A DNA stretch of 64,000 bases from Antedon mediterranea (taxonomy: Eukaryota; Animalia; Echinodermata): contig NC_092675.1 of assembly GCF_964355755.1 (NCBI RefSeq), positions 22,106,912 through 22,170,911 of the forward strand, written 5' to 3'. Position numbers and translations under genes: made by a program. This document shows, piece by piece, positions 16,601 through 31,600 of the stretch. Positions within the stretch are counted from its first letter, which is position 1. Every line of letters starts with the position of its first letter. The notes under the pieces were generated by a model. That model had not been told where the DNA came from, ran no database searches, and was given only the letters and a program-made list of their open reading frames with translations.

Positions 16601-19600
16601 AAAAAAAGTAATACACACTGCACATGACAGGAATAAAGGCCCAAATGTAATAAAAATATTTTTGCATAGAGTAAATAATTACTTCTAGATGAGTAAGGTA
16701 ATATGCATTATTAATTATTGTTAGCTTGTTAGATCATTAACATCGTGCATGTCACATGTTGCCAGAAACACTCACATGGTTCTTTATACCAGAAGGCTGA
16801 TGAAGTAAATATTTTAAAATCAAAATTATAATATCGTAACTGCCAACACTACTATTTTTTAAAAAAGCAAAACCTTTGAAAATGAATTGTTGTATGCAGA
16901 AGATGATCTATATCTACTTAATACAGTGGACCCCTATGGGGACACCTTTGAGACCCACCAGAGTGTCCTCTTAATATGGGTATTCTTGAAATAGAATATT
17001 ACCCCTTGTAATTTCACTAAAACGTGGTCATTTAATCACCCTATTCAAACATACCTTTAACAATAATCTTAGGAATTCTATAGTATGAGGTTTAGATACA
17101 GTAGTACCACAGTTTTGGCCATGAGAAAACCAAGGCAAGATTTTAACCAAGGTGCCTGGTATTATTAAGAAACCATGTCTACCACCAAATCTATAGTACA
17201 ACTACTAACAAACATTAGTAAATCATACCTGTTCATGTGATGCTGCCTCAAGATGTTGGAGATGTGGTGTCACAATGACATCCAGATAGTGCAGGATCTC
17301 TTGCACTGATAATGTGGAGAGTACAAAGCCAACAGATGCCATTAGTCGTACACACTCCCTCGACTGAAATAACAAGTTTGGAATTGTTCTAAAGCTCTGT
17401 TTACACTATCAAACTAGTGTGATGTGCCCAAATATGGTGATAAGACATTACCATGTCCATATATGGGCACATCAAATTGTTTTTTACATAAAGTTTGATA
17501 GTGTAGACAGAGCTTTAAACATTTTAATAACAACAAAGTGAAAACATAATTACACATGTGTTTGTTGACACATTTTTGTCACCCACCACATACCTTTAGC
17601 AGATTAGAGTTTAGAGCAGCTTGAATGCTGGTTAAAATACGATCTGCATGTGGTTTCATGTCTAAAGCACATTCCCTTGTGATCTCTTTCAAAGACATTG
17701 TTGCTGGCACTGACAGATCTGGGTTATTTAAACCTATTAAATAAACATAATATTAGAAAACATACTAATAATACTCTATATAGTAATATCTATAGAGCAT
17801 ACATATCTTCTAAGAAACAGTTACAAGACAAACTAGACATGAAACTCGTCACTTTGACGAGTTAGTTATCCGCACGACAAACGCCACGTGCACGTCATAC
17901 GTTGGAATATTGCACACTGATAAAGATTATGGCATTATGACCTGAACTGAAGAATATCATACGTTTTTAGTGCTGAATTCAGTCTATTTTGTGTCATATA
18001 GTATATACATGCAAACAGTAAAATCTGCATACATATTACATACAGTGTAGAATAGGTGAAATTACGGAACCCGCAATTTATTCAAATTTTTAACATGGTT
18101 ACGGTATCAAAATGAAACACTAAGATAGCAATTTCGGGAGGAAATTATCTCAGTAACAACATATTAACGTGTAGAAGAAATTCGAATACGTGAAATATTG
18201 ATGCGCGTTCTTTTAAATGTAATGAATGATGACGCAAAATATGAAAATACGACATTTTTTATTTAACTGGCCATATGATGACGTCACAACATGCGATTGG
18301 CAAAATGTTCACAGGATTTCGTATCTACAATCCAATAGCTTCCAGAAAATGTTTTAATCGTGATTATCACATTTTATTCTTACGAGCTACAACAGATAAA
18401 AATTTACTGTAAAGATGAAATTAATGACCCACGTAATTAAAATTTTTAGGCATGATGACCTCATAAAAATTTAAATATTTTTAACTTGTGCGAAAGATAG
18501 TTGATTTACCTAGACAATATTAAAATCGGCGTGAAAATGGAAAACTGATAAGTGGCGATGCGTTCTACTAAATGTGATGAGCTATGACGAAAGATACAAA
18601 AATCCTAAATTTTATATTCACGTGGCCATACGATGACGTCACAATGTCCGGTTAGCCATAAAAATACATGATCCGATATCTACAACTCATCAACTTCCAG
18701 AATTTGTCATCCACAAAAAGTTGATCGTGTAGTTTAGAAATTATGACTGTTTAAAAAAAGGCATAATTTTGACAAATTTTTGAACTTTTTCATCAAAAAC
18801 GCGCGCAAATTGTCCAATTCGACGTGCTCGTATGACGTAACTTTAAGTCGAAATTGTTTAAAAGTTGGTAAAATTACTAGAAAAGGCTGGACAAATATAA
18901 ATCACGCGAAAAAAATATGTTTTTAATGCTACGTGCGCACCACACACGTAAAAATTTGCGCACGCGTGGGAATTTTTGACATGCTTAAAATGACATGAAA
19001 CTCGTAGAAAATTGAATAGAAATTAATTTTGCGCATTTTAAAATTTTAAATGCGCGTGCACGCGTAACTTTGTGTAAAACACGCAATTTTTTTTTCACAG
19101 AAAGTTAGCGCATGACACAAATTAAACTTTTGCAAAGTTTCAGTTTAAAATCTTTTATGGTTTTCGATCTATGTTAAATACGCGAAATTCATAAAATCGC
19201 ACGTAAGTCACGTTGCACAACTCTGACGTCATTAAAAAATAGGAGGTGCACAAGTTCACGTAAATGCCCACATGTTGTCAAAGTTATGAAATGTTATGTT
19301 TACACATTTTAGAGAAACGCTCTACACAAAAATAGCGAGAAAGAAAGAAGAATAATACAGAAAAAATATTGATCCCATACAATAACAAGGAGTTATCCGC
19401 CAAGTGCGGATAACTAATAATTTCACTTTGGCGCAATGCCAATTCTCAAATCAAACATTTTACGTAAACTGTTACTAAAGCTCGGTCTACTACACTATCA
19501 AACTATTTTGACAAAAAAGATGGTAGTGATATACCCAAATATAGTAGTGATATGATATCATCATGTCCATATATGGGCACATCACATTTTGTTGTCCCAT

Positions 19601-22600
19601 AAAGTTTGATAGTGTAGACAGAGTTTAAGAGGCATTAACCAAATGAAATGACAAATTCTTCTTCTAGTGGATGTACCTGAAAGTACTAGAGGGATGACAC
19701 AGTCCAGTGCATCAGGCATATCAGCAAGCCATTCAGAATATGCTTCTGTAAAAAACATAAAAGATTAAAATGATATTGTGTCACCTACTTTAATTACAAA
19801 AGAGGATCTGTTTAAATGTATAAAGTTTCACCAAAATTCACAATGAGGTTTCTTTTTTTTTTCAGGCTTACCAGTAGCATATATAGTTTGGTAGTCCCAA
19901 CAAGCAAGGAGCAATTTATTTATTTAGAGGTTTTTTTTCTCTTTTATTATAGTCAGAGTCTAGATTATCAGCTCTAGATAGTGGCAACAAGAATCCTGGT
20001 ACGATGGTAGATTTGAACACCACACCTTGGTATAATAAACATGTTAACTACTGAGCTATAATGCCACAATAACAATCACTGTTCAAACACAGTACTATAA
20101 CCATTATAACTCTAATCTAGCATATAGAGGGCAGTAGTGTGAATGTAAATGATATAAAGGCAATGTATATTACCTAGCATATAGAGGGCAGTAGTAGCCA
20201 AAGTAACATTTGACATATTGATCTGTGGCAAGAGTCTGATGAGATTGTCAACACATTCATCGTCACCATATTCTCCAACCTCAGCAATTGACCGAAAAGC
20301 AAACAGCAATGCTTCAAGTTGCTGAACACAAAAATAATTATTATTAATCAAAAAAATATTATTAAAATATCACAAAATAAATAATAACAAATAAGTTGTT
20401 GCTCCATACTTGCCAAAAACAATAGAACAATTGGCATGTGGCATATCTGGTACATTTTACTCAATATTGTCTTAATTTCTTTCTTATAAATAATATCTGA
20501 GATAACAAAAACAATTTAAAGATAAAACTAACCATGCTGATAAATAAAGTTGTTTACTAAAACATTTGAGTCATTTTGTTAAGCATCATCAGTAGTGAGT
20601 GAGTGGCCGAGCGGTTAAGACAGTGGAACCGTAATTACGTAGCCATAACATCGGCATGGGTTCGAGGCTCACTCACTCCATGGTTCTGGTGGTAGAACGA
20701 GTCTTCTCGGATAAGGACTATAAACCGTAGGTCCAGTGTACACATCTAGCTCGTGTGCACTTTAAAGAACCTAGTACATCTTTCGAGACGAGTAGGGGGT
20801 TACCCCGGTGTGTTAGTACATCACAGCCACTGATCACCAACTGGGCCCTCTGGGAGACCAGTCTTTGACTGAAGAGGTTACCCAGTATAAATATATATTT
20901 CAATCAATCAATCATTGAACATTTTTTATTTAAGCAAAAAGATTGATAATGCCAGTCCTGACATCAACACAAATCAAACAACACTACACATACCTGCCAG
21001 GATCCTCCTTGACTCTGTACCCTCACTAGCATACCATATAAATTATTCAACAAGGGTTGACGTAGAAGAGTAAAACAGTACATCTATAGAAATAAAGAAT
21101 TGTTAAAATCAATGTGTTGTTATTATTGGTAAAATACTTCTACTGATATTCTTTTATTGTCCATAGTAATATAAAATTTAAATCCATTTGAAACTGGCAT
21201 GAAATATAAAAAAGATATACTATACAAATTCAGAAGATTACAACAAAATACACAAAGATACATTAAAAGCTAGGTTATGTATAATACATACAGATTAAAA
21301 GCTTTTATCATAAAATATTAAAAAGGAAGAATTTCACAATGATACGTTAACTCTACAGTATCCTATCTTTTTGCCGTGAGTTTATTAAATGTATGCTGTT
21401 GGCTATAAAGGCGTAACAAGATCGGTTTGTTCCTGTCTCAGCATGTTAATTAATGATGAGAATTAAACTTTTCTAAACTAAAGGCCAACAGCATCGTCAT
21501 AAAATAAAAAAACGCCCCTTTTGTGACAAATAAAACAAAATCATACCAAAGTATCGCCTATATCCTGTCTGTAGCACCTGAACTGCTCTTTCTCTTCTGC
21601 GAAAATGAGCAAATACAATTGGTTACTAATATAAATTTTAAAAATTAGCAAATTGTTTTATCTTGGTTTTCTTTAAATTATGTTGGACCATTAATAAAAA
21701 AGTGTCCCAATAGTATTAATTAATTGTACATTTATCCCTCAAGTCGATTAATTAAAACAAGCATATCTGATAAAAGATAAAGCATGCTTATATTTAGTCA
21801 TATTAACCCTTTAAAGTATACAATCCTCTTAATACCTGTATTCCATGTATTGTATTCATCTTCACTTGGATATTGCACTTTAGTAAGCATCACATCCACT
21901 AGATGCATGTAAATTGGGCCAAAGGTCATCAAATACTCCTGACATTTCACAGTCTCAGCTCCTGTTATTTCATCCTAAATATTTTGTAAAAACAACAATA
22001 AAGTGCTCTTTACCGGAGTCTTACAGCGCAACATGAAAAGAATAACTATTGAAATAGGTGAGTTTTCAGGAGAGATTTGAATTGAAAAGGGGATGGAGTG
22101 TAACGAATGGAACGAGGAAGTTGGTTCCAGATCTCTGGTGCCTGACCAAAGATTTTAGGTTGGTTCTAGGTAACTATTAATATGGCAAAATAAACTATTG
22201 GTTTTTATTCAAGATTTGGAATATAAAGGCACAGGAAGAGTAATTATTGTACTATGTATATGCAATATGGAAAACATCTACCAATTAAAGCGTACCTGTA
22301 AAATATACCAGAAGCCAAATGGCATGTTGCTTATGTTCTCATCTACTGGATAGTGACCAGGAAGTGCAGTAAAGCCCTGAGACAGAAAAAGAAACAATTA
22401 TTTCAATGAAATTATTCCAAAACACCTTTTCATGACGCACCAAGCGAGTACATTCATTCTGCACATGTTCCTGAACATATATAAATAAATACTTACCAAG
22501 ATGAGGTTTGTGAGATCCAGACATTGTTGCCGTTCATCGCCTTGACTTTCAAGGATTAATTTAGAATGGTTCTCACCGATAGCAACGGTCAGTCTACAGA

Positions 22601-25600
22601 TACCATGTACCAGGTCCTAATTCAACACAAAAAAAAGGCTTGATCACTACCTTTTTATTATGTGATTTGTTGCCATCAATAAACAGTGACATAAAACCAA
22701 TGAAGTCAATTCTTAAGTAAAATTTTGTACAAGAACATACTGATTGAAGATTTTTTAATAACAATAATAGAAAAATTAAACTTGGTAGGAACTCATTGAA
22801 ACAAATATTGATTTGATTAAGTTTGCCTCACTCTACACACAAAATGTTATCACTTTATCATAAAGACACAGAAATAACGACACATATTCCTTATTAAATA
22901 TCATGTTTAATGATATCAAATATTTTTATAATTTGTTTTATTTATAAATTCAGATTATGAAGAAATTAATGCATCCTTACATATACAAAAAAAAAATAAT
23001 AATCCAATTTAGAGTTAGTTATAGTACAACGAACAAACATATTGTGTATCATAGGCCTACATACCATGTCTTTTTCTCTTACGGCATTAGCCAACAGATC
23101 TTGGAGTCTGAGCACTTGTGGAATAATCTTCTTGATTGTGTTTGGGTATCTAAAACAAATGAATGATACAGTGTGATCTAAATTGTCTGTAATTATCAAC
23201 ATCATGTTTATAGTACAGAATTAAAACAACTATTTTTGAAATTCTTAGTTAACACAATGAAATAGCATTAGTGAAATTTCAATAAATTAGAGCAGGGCAA
23301 TCTTATTTAGCACTTAATGCCCAAAGCATCTAAGTACCTCACATTATTACCCCATCATTAGATCAAACATGTACAGTATGAAACAGCTATAATGTTGCAG
23401 AAGTAATCAGCGCAGTTGTTTTAACCCTACCAGGTACCCATTTGTACATTTGGGTGAAGAGAGGTAAACGTAAAGTGATTTGGCTATAGGACACAAGAAA
23501 TGAGACAAGCCTTGGTCTTAACACACTCCACCCCACGTTCTTATAAAATAACTATTTATTAAAGTCTATATTTATTATTTTCTTGTATCACTGTTCTTAT
23601 TTATTTAAGGATTGTCACAGTTAAAACATTTTACTGTCCCTGTTTACTGTTAAATATTATTATTATTCAGTAAACAAGCATACACACAAGATGCTTTACA
23701 TATAATCTTATACAATTTTTTAGTGTAGACTTTTTTTTGTTATAAGAAAAGTTGTTGACATCAGACAGGATTTGAACCCAGTCTCATAGAGCTATTACTA
23801 TCAGAGCTATTACCCTTTGCCACACATACTTCTTCATTGCTAATGTCACTGTCACTTACTTGTAGGCTGACGGTTCCTGAATGACACTTATCAAGGAGTC
23901 AATACATGTATCATATAAGTTATCATCGTGCACATATTTAAACAAGATGTCAATGAATGGATTGATATCTATCAGAGGCACGCCAAAGTTAACCCAGCTG
24001 GAGAAGCATCGTAAAGCTTGGTGACGTATTGATACTGGCGAGTCTTGTTGGTCAAGCAGGTTTTGTATCAATGGCAGTACTAAAGCAAAACGATATCAAA
24101 ATCTAAATATTATACATAATCAATAATTTTGATTTAGTAATTCTTCTCGAAAAAAACAAACAAATATTAGAGAAACTAACCTGCTTGACAATTTCGCTCT
24201 CACAGCTTCTTCAGAAGAAATGACAAATTTGTCATTAAACAGATTGACCTCTAGAGTGCCAATTCTGTCTAATGACAGGGTCATACCATGGAGGTATCCC
24301 TAAATTTATACCTCCATGGTCATACACTGTCTAATAGGTTAGGTACACTAATATATAGGGTTTTTTTTTATCATAATCAATGTTTTGTTTCAAATTTTCA
24401 CCTAATACTTTGGGTTGAAAAGCATTAAAAACTCCAGAAAAAAATGAAAACTGTTTAAAAATTACTTTCTATGGGCCTAAATTTGTTGCTATTTTCAAAA
24501 ATGTATTCAGAATATCAGACTTTTTAAAGAATTCCTTGGGCAACTTAAGGGTGTCCAGTTGGACTCAAGAGTGAAAATCAATAAACAAAATACAGTGATT
24601 GGTTGAAATATGATAATTGTCTCATCAACATGCCAGTATAATAACTTTCCCTTTAAATTTATACTGTATGTAGCAGGTCACTCACTTTCCTGGAATATTC
24701 ATGTATATTCTGTAATTAACACATTGACAATTTAGAAATAATTTGAACTACTACAACTAATCACTCTCTGTTTATATAGTACTGTTTAACAACAGTGTGT
24801 GTCATTTTTACAAAGAGTGCTAAATATATATTTCATTTCGAAACCTGAGCTGCACTGACGAGATCTAATAAGATCGAAACAGTACTGTCTGCAGATTGGA
24901 TATATATTACTGTATATTTAATTTATTTTATTATTTCTTTTACCATGTTGCAGACCCTTCTGTAACTCATGTCGAACTGTTCCCTTTCTTGTTTGTCCTA
25001 AAGGTGCTGTTTGAAACTGAAAAAAATAATTTAATGCAATAAAAGGCTTAAATGTCCAAGTAATAAGCAATAAGATAGATAATGGTATTAGTTAGTATCA
25101 TATTAAATGTTACGGCTTCCCGTCATGGATTCACTCCCGATTCATTCAAACATTATCAACATCAAAGTGCGTGCTGTGCTTAATGTTCACGGCCTACAAT
25201 AATACATTTAACTATATCAATTATAAATTGAAGATTGAATTAAATAAAAAGTGGTGCAAGTGTATTGAAAACTAATTTTTAAATAGATGTTTACAGTTTA
25301 CATTAATTAACTTACCTCTTCTGGTAAAACAGTGAGGAGTTCCAACAATGCAAGACATTTATTTGTAGCCTATAAGAATGTCAAAAAAGAGAATATATTA
25401 GATTAGATAAATTTGTTTATATTAGATAATATATAATACATGATCATTGTTAGAAAAAAAATATGATTATATTGATGTTATCATTTTAAAAAAATCTTTG
25501 CCAATATTAAGTTATCTGAACAGTTACTTATATATATTGATAATTAGTTTACTGTGGAAAGACAGTCCTATAAATAAAAAAAAACAAGCTAAGGTAAATT

Positions 25601-28600
25601 CTATTTAACCCCCACCCACCGTAAATGCATTTAAAATCCAGAATAGTTAATCCTTCTTTATCCCATCAAACCTTGATATCCCGACAGCAAAGTTAAATTT
25701 TTTGCTTGCAATTGTTTTTATAGGTATACCTCCTATACAAATACATATATATTTTTTTGTTTGTGTTTTTAAATGTTTGTGAAGGCCCCTTGATCATCAG
25801 CATGCTGTTTTGGGTTTCACCTTAAAAACATAAATAAAATAGTCTACGACTTTTATGCTACACTAAACACAAAAGTTTGTTTGTTAGGGTATAAAACAGA
25901 GAAGTTAACTTTTATTATTCACATCCTACCTATAAATAACACAGAAAAGGAAGGAAGAATTCTAACATTACGCAAGGCCAAAATTAACAGGTCATACTAT
26001 GGAATAATATACAATAGTGAATGTTTACGAGTTGAAGAGAGATTATTTGCATTTAATAGTTTGAAGATTGACTGTTCAATTTAACAAAATGTTTTATTCA
26101 AAATTATTTATAACACACTCACAGTTACTTTTAATATTAAATTATCTCAGCTTTTTCATGTGTATAGTTTCATCTTTTTTTTTCATACGTATTTAACAGC
26201 GAGAAACTCGCCAATTACACTTACAGGATGGATAAACTATTTTATAATGTATCATGCTTATAAACTAATTCTCATTTGAGGCTTAGGGAATGGAGTTGAA
26301 AGAGTCGTGAGTTACACACTAAGTTAGGATTGAACCCTAGACCTTGGGATTAGACGGCAAGCATGTTAACCACCAATCTACACCTCCACTATCTTATATT
26401 TTTTTAAATTATAATTATTATTGTGCCATTCTATCCGATGTTTTGCTTATATGCTTATATATTTATTTATTTTTATGTTTGTTTTGTTAAAATTATAATT
26501 ACTATCTTTTTTGGGACCACATTGGAATTAAGTTGTTTTACTTTAAACAACTTTATGTGTTTTCCCGTGCATCGTCAGACTTCATTAATCCCGCCATTTT
26601 TATTTGCTTTTTTGATGTATTTTAATATTTAAGGTGATTATATATATTATTGATGTATTTTTAATGTTATGTATTGAGATGCCAAATAAATGAAAGAAAT
26701 GAAAGAAAAAAAGAAAAAAAATTATTTTAGATTTAAATCTAAATTGATTCAAAATTAAATTGTATTTATTTGTATTTTTGTTAAGGAAAGTTTTCATACA
26801 GTGATTTAGTTTGCTTTTGACAACAATACTTGGCATTTCGTTTACTTTATTTTGTTTTGTAGTTTTCTGTAATTTTTGTTGTGACAAAAAGAAAGACTGT
26901 ATATCAAATCAATTTATTTCGAAGCTGTACTATAGTTGGCAAACTAGGCTACGAAAAATAAAAGTGTTCATTGCACCATTACAATGCAGGCTTGTTATTA
27001 CACCTAATTAATCTGTGTAGTGATATCAGATGTTAAACTAATAATCCCTGCCAAGAGATACTATTGAATTATTATAACACAACATCTATGATTAGAACTA
27101 ACTAAGCACACTGAGTATACGATGCCTATAAAACAAAGGGAGTCACATGGTATTGTGATGTCATTGCTGTTTTCTACAGTAGTGAATAATCTTCAAATAC
27201 TATGTCAGATGTTAAACTAATAATCCATGTACATTAGAACTGAAAACCATACACAGCAAGTACTTAAGTACAATAAGTGATTTAACATACTAATGTACAT
27301 AGGACTTTGCCTTAGATTAAAACATTTACCATACAATGTTACCTTTAAATACTGTTACTTAAAACAAGCGTACATAACATAGTCCTTGTAAATCATTATC
27401 TCAAAAGCATGTTACTTTTGAAAACTGACTTAATACTAAAGTATTTTAAGCAATGAGCATGTCATTATGTCGGGATTCAGTATTTCAACATTAAATATGT
27501 CACTCATACATTGCTTGATTAGTGGACTTTTTAAAATTGATTTTTTGTTTCAAGTTTTTAATCTTTAAAATATCAAAATGTAGTAGTTAGAATCATGATT
27601 CCATCTATGGATACATTAGTATTAATATATATTTTCTGTTTGTAAATTGGATAATAATAACCACTTTTTTAATACTATACTAAATTTAGATAGCTCTTTA
27701 CCAAATTAAAACCACTAAAAGATATAGCTATAAATAACTCAAATTGTATATAGATGCCATCTTTTTCTTAGGCTACTAAAAGATTGGTATAGTTTGCATA
27801 ACAAACAAATTGTAAAGCATATATTATATGAATGCTACTAAACTTCTAACAGTAATCCATTCTTTCAGTAACCCATCACAAAAATAAGTTACTTTATTAA
27901 CCCACTACAAAAGTAACACATAGGAGTTACAAATGTATCAGAATCATGACAAAAGTACAGAATAGCAGTACTGTAATTTAAAAGAAACATGAAAAGTTTA
28001 AATCAGATTTGTTTAAAAAACAATTATGACTAGATTAAGCATAACAATAGTATAGATAAACCATGGAGGAAATCCTCCATGGATAAACACACTACTATAG
28101 TAAACCCAGTCTACAGTAATAATATAGTAAACCCAGTCTACAGTAATAATATAGTAAACCGTTCTACAGTAATAATATAGCTACAGTAATATTGTAAACC
28201 CGGTCTACAGTAATAATATAGTAAACCCGGTCTACAGAAATAATATAGTAAACCCGGTCTACAGAAATAATATAGTAAACCCAGTCTACAGTAATAATAT
28301 AGTAAACCCAGTCTACAGTAATAATAATATAGTAAACCCAGTCTACAGTAATAATAATATAGTAAACCCGGTCTACAGTAATATAGTAAACCCGGTCTAC
28401 AGTAATAATATAGTAAACCCAGTCTACAGTAATAATATAGTAAACCCAGTCTACAGTAATAATAATATAGTAAACCCAGTCTACAGTAATAATAATATAG
28501 TAAACCCAGTCTACAGTAATAATAATATAGTAAACCGAGTCTACAGTAATAATAATATAGTAAACCCGGTCTACAGTAATATAGTAAACCCGGTCTACAG

Positions 28601-31600
28601 TAATAATATAGTAAACCCAGTCTACAGTAAAATAGTAAACCTAGTCTACAGTAATAATATAGTAAACCCAGTCTACAGTAATATAGTAAACCCGGTCTAC
28701 AGTAATACTAATAGTAAACCCGGTCTACAGTAATACTAATAGTAAACCCGGTCTACAGTAAAATAGTAAACCCAGGGAAGAGTGAAGGTAAACTAAACTA
28801 AAAACACGGAATAGTCACCCATGTTTCAACTATAGTTTACGGTAAAATTAGACTTCAGCCATTTCACATTTTATTTAGATTTTGATTGGATATAAACAGG
28901 TGATGGGTGGTTAGGGGGTGCAGCGAGCCAAATGCAAGACATCATTGCCTCAGGCAGAATAGGATATGAATATTGATAGCCTATTAGCTTAATACGTTAA
29001 CTAACAAAAACCAATATAAACAATAATACCCTCATTGCAAATCTAAAAAGAAAAGACATCAGAAAAAAATTATTCTTGTCATTCACCTAAAGTTTATCTT
29101 TAAAAAAATATGACAATTTATATTATCACTGTCAATATGAATTTACTTCATGCTGTAAAGCAAAACAATTTCACTTTAAATTCATGTATTTTATAAATTT
29201 AGGTTAGTAAAGGTTTTATACAGTACTAGCAAAAGAAATATAGGTACAGTAGGTCTGCATTATCAAAAATATTGTGAATAATAGATGTTAAAACCATACT
29301 TGAAAACACATAAACATATTGGGGAGTAACAACAGACTATATACCCTTCAATCCTTATTATACTATGCCATAGTACCTTTATAGTACCTATATGAGTACC
29401 TATATAGTAATTTGTATCTAGAACACAATCTCACATGAGTTCATTAATTATGGATAATAGATAGATTTATATAGCACAAATAAACGATGACTCTATGCAC
29501 TTGACAATAAAGAGAAAAGAGGGGAAACCAAAAGGAAGAGAACAAAAAGACAAAAACACCAAGTTAGCACCCAAACTGGAGTATGGGGATACACCATCAC
29601 CGCTAAATGGGGATCAGTGCTTAAGTACCCCAGTTAGCATCGGTTAAGTCTTGATCTTTTCATGGATCCATTAATATTGATCATTGATGTCAAATGTGAA
29701 CCAATCTCGAGAACACTAACGTTTCAAACCAAATGTACAGGTCCTACTAAAACGCCCTAAAGCGTCCAACTAAGGGAGGGGTTCCAGTGTACACTGATAC
29801 TTTATTCAAAATCACCAATTTTATATAGAATAGAATGTTTTGTAGAATAATACCTTAATATTAGAAGAACTGAAATAATACTTTACATTTGTAAAATATT
29901 GTTTCCGATTTTGGATAAGATATAAAAATATAGTTCCCAAGTTTCTAGTTAATCTATTATCGATTGAAGCAAAAATGAAAACTTAAAAAAATACTCACGT
30001 CCATCTGTGGCATTTCTGCTTGATGGAACGTCTCTATCATGCTCTTGACTGCATCTGACCAAAACTCAGGCATAGTGTTCAAAGAGAATGATGCAAGCTA
30101 AGAATAAATGCAACAACAAACATCAGTATATTAAACAAGCTTAAGCGTACGAGTTTAAAGTTACTTGCTAAAACAGCTAAAATCCGTTAAGAGTGCATCT
30201 TAAGATGCTGTATATCTACACAGGTATGAGAGTGAGTTGAAATTGATCCCTGCTAAGTACATAATGGTAGCATTTAAGAGGATTAAGTCTGATGGATTTG
30301 GATAGAATTTAGGTAATAACACATGCCCAATTGAAATACAACACTAGAATGGGCTTGTTTACAAGATAATTAACTAGCTGTTTGGATCAGTGGCAAATGG
30401 ATTATTAATAAAGATTAATGTTATTACTCGCATGTATTATAAAAAAGAGAATAATTACAAGAAATATGATATATTCATTGCAATCAGGTTTTTACTTTTT
30501 TTCGTGAAACAGTCACAATGGAAAATACTCATTAAATAAATCATTAGAAATGGATAGATATTATATTAAAAAAAATTCAAAAGCAAGTATACTGAAAAAT
30601 GACATTGCTGTGGTATCTATAAAATAGATGTAACAAATTTAGTTTATTAGTTTAGGCTGAATCTCAATGGAAATGCAAACAAAATAGAGTAGGCGTAGAA
30701 GGATTGGTTGTTGATTTCCAAATCTAAAATCAAAACAATAAATCCTTTATCAGGGCTAAATGAGGGCTTAAATTAAAAAAATTGGCTTCTATCGCATGTT
30801 TTGATGGTTTAAAATGAAGATCACAAATAAATAGACAAATAAAATAAATAAATAAAATTAAAATTTCAATACAAAATTTAATGACAAATAATATCCAAAC
30901 ACCAAATTAATCAATCTGAATCAATAATAATGATTTTTTAAAGATTTTTTTAAAGATTTTGTTAAGCATATACATAATCCAAAGGAAATTATCCATAAGC
31001 TAAAAAACTACCAAATCCATTATGCTTTTATAGGTAATTCTAAAACAGTGATATTTCTGTAGAAATAAATTTGATTTCCTAATAAGGAAATGCTATTAGG
31101 ATCAAAGAGGCCTAAACCTAGACTCAATAAACAATCGGATCTAGTAATCAAAGGAAAATTGTTTATCTAATTTAGTAGGAGCATGGAGGATTAGCTCATT
31201 ATTTAATTGGCCCTCATTAGCTACATTTCCTGTCACCTGGGTGCTCAGTATATTCATAATAATGGATCTATTGTATTGTAATTCATTGCTTTTTAAAGCC
31301 TGTATTATATCTTGCACATAATTTAACAAGTTTCCTTGTAAATAGGCCTATTGTTACATATTTTTGTTCTCTAACTTTCATTTTACTTACTGTACTATAA
31401 ACACACCTTTATTCAAGAAGTGTGCCCCTGTTTCAAAAGTATTACTTTTGTTAATGTTTTTTTTATATCTTGTACATAATTTAGTTTAAGTTTCTTTTAC
31501 AGTTTCCTGTAAAAAGGCCTATTGTTAAATCATGGAGGTATAAAAATAGATATTTTTATACCTCCATGGGCCCCGTTTCTGCTGCCCAAAATATACCGTA

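Noticed and set aside
20594-20680. Functional tRNA gene
   Set aside because: The anticodon and T arms pair poorly, and it continues into a SINE body present in three copies.
20718-20903. Duplicated 61-aa ORF (also 34041-34226)
   Set aside because: Antisense translation of the SINE.
28097-28774. CRISPR-like appearance of the ~27-bp repeats
   Set aside because: Units are directly tandem with no unique spacers, the context is a eukaryotic intron, and there are no cas genes.
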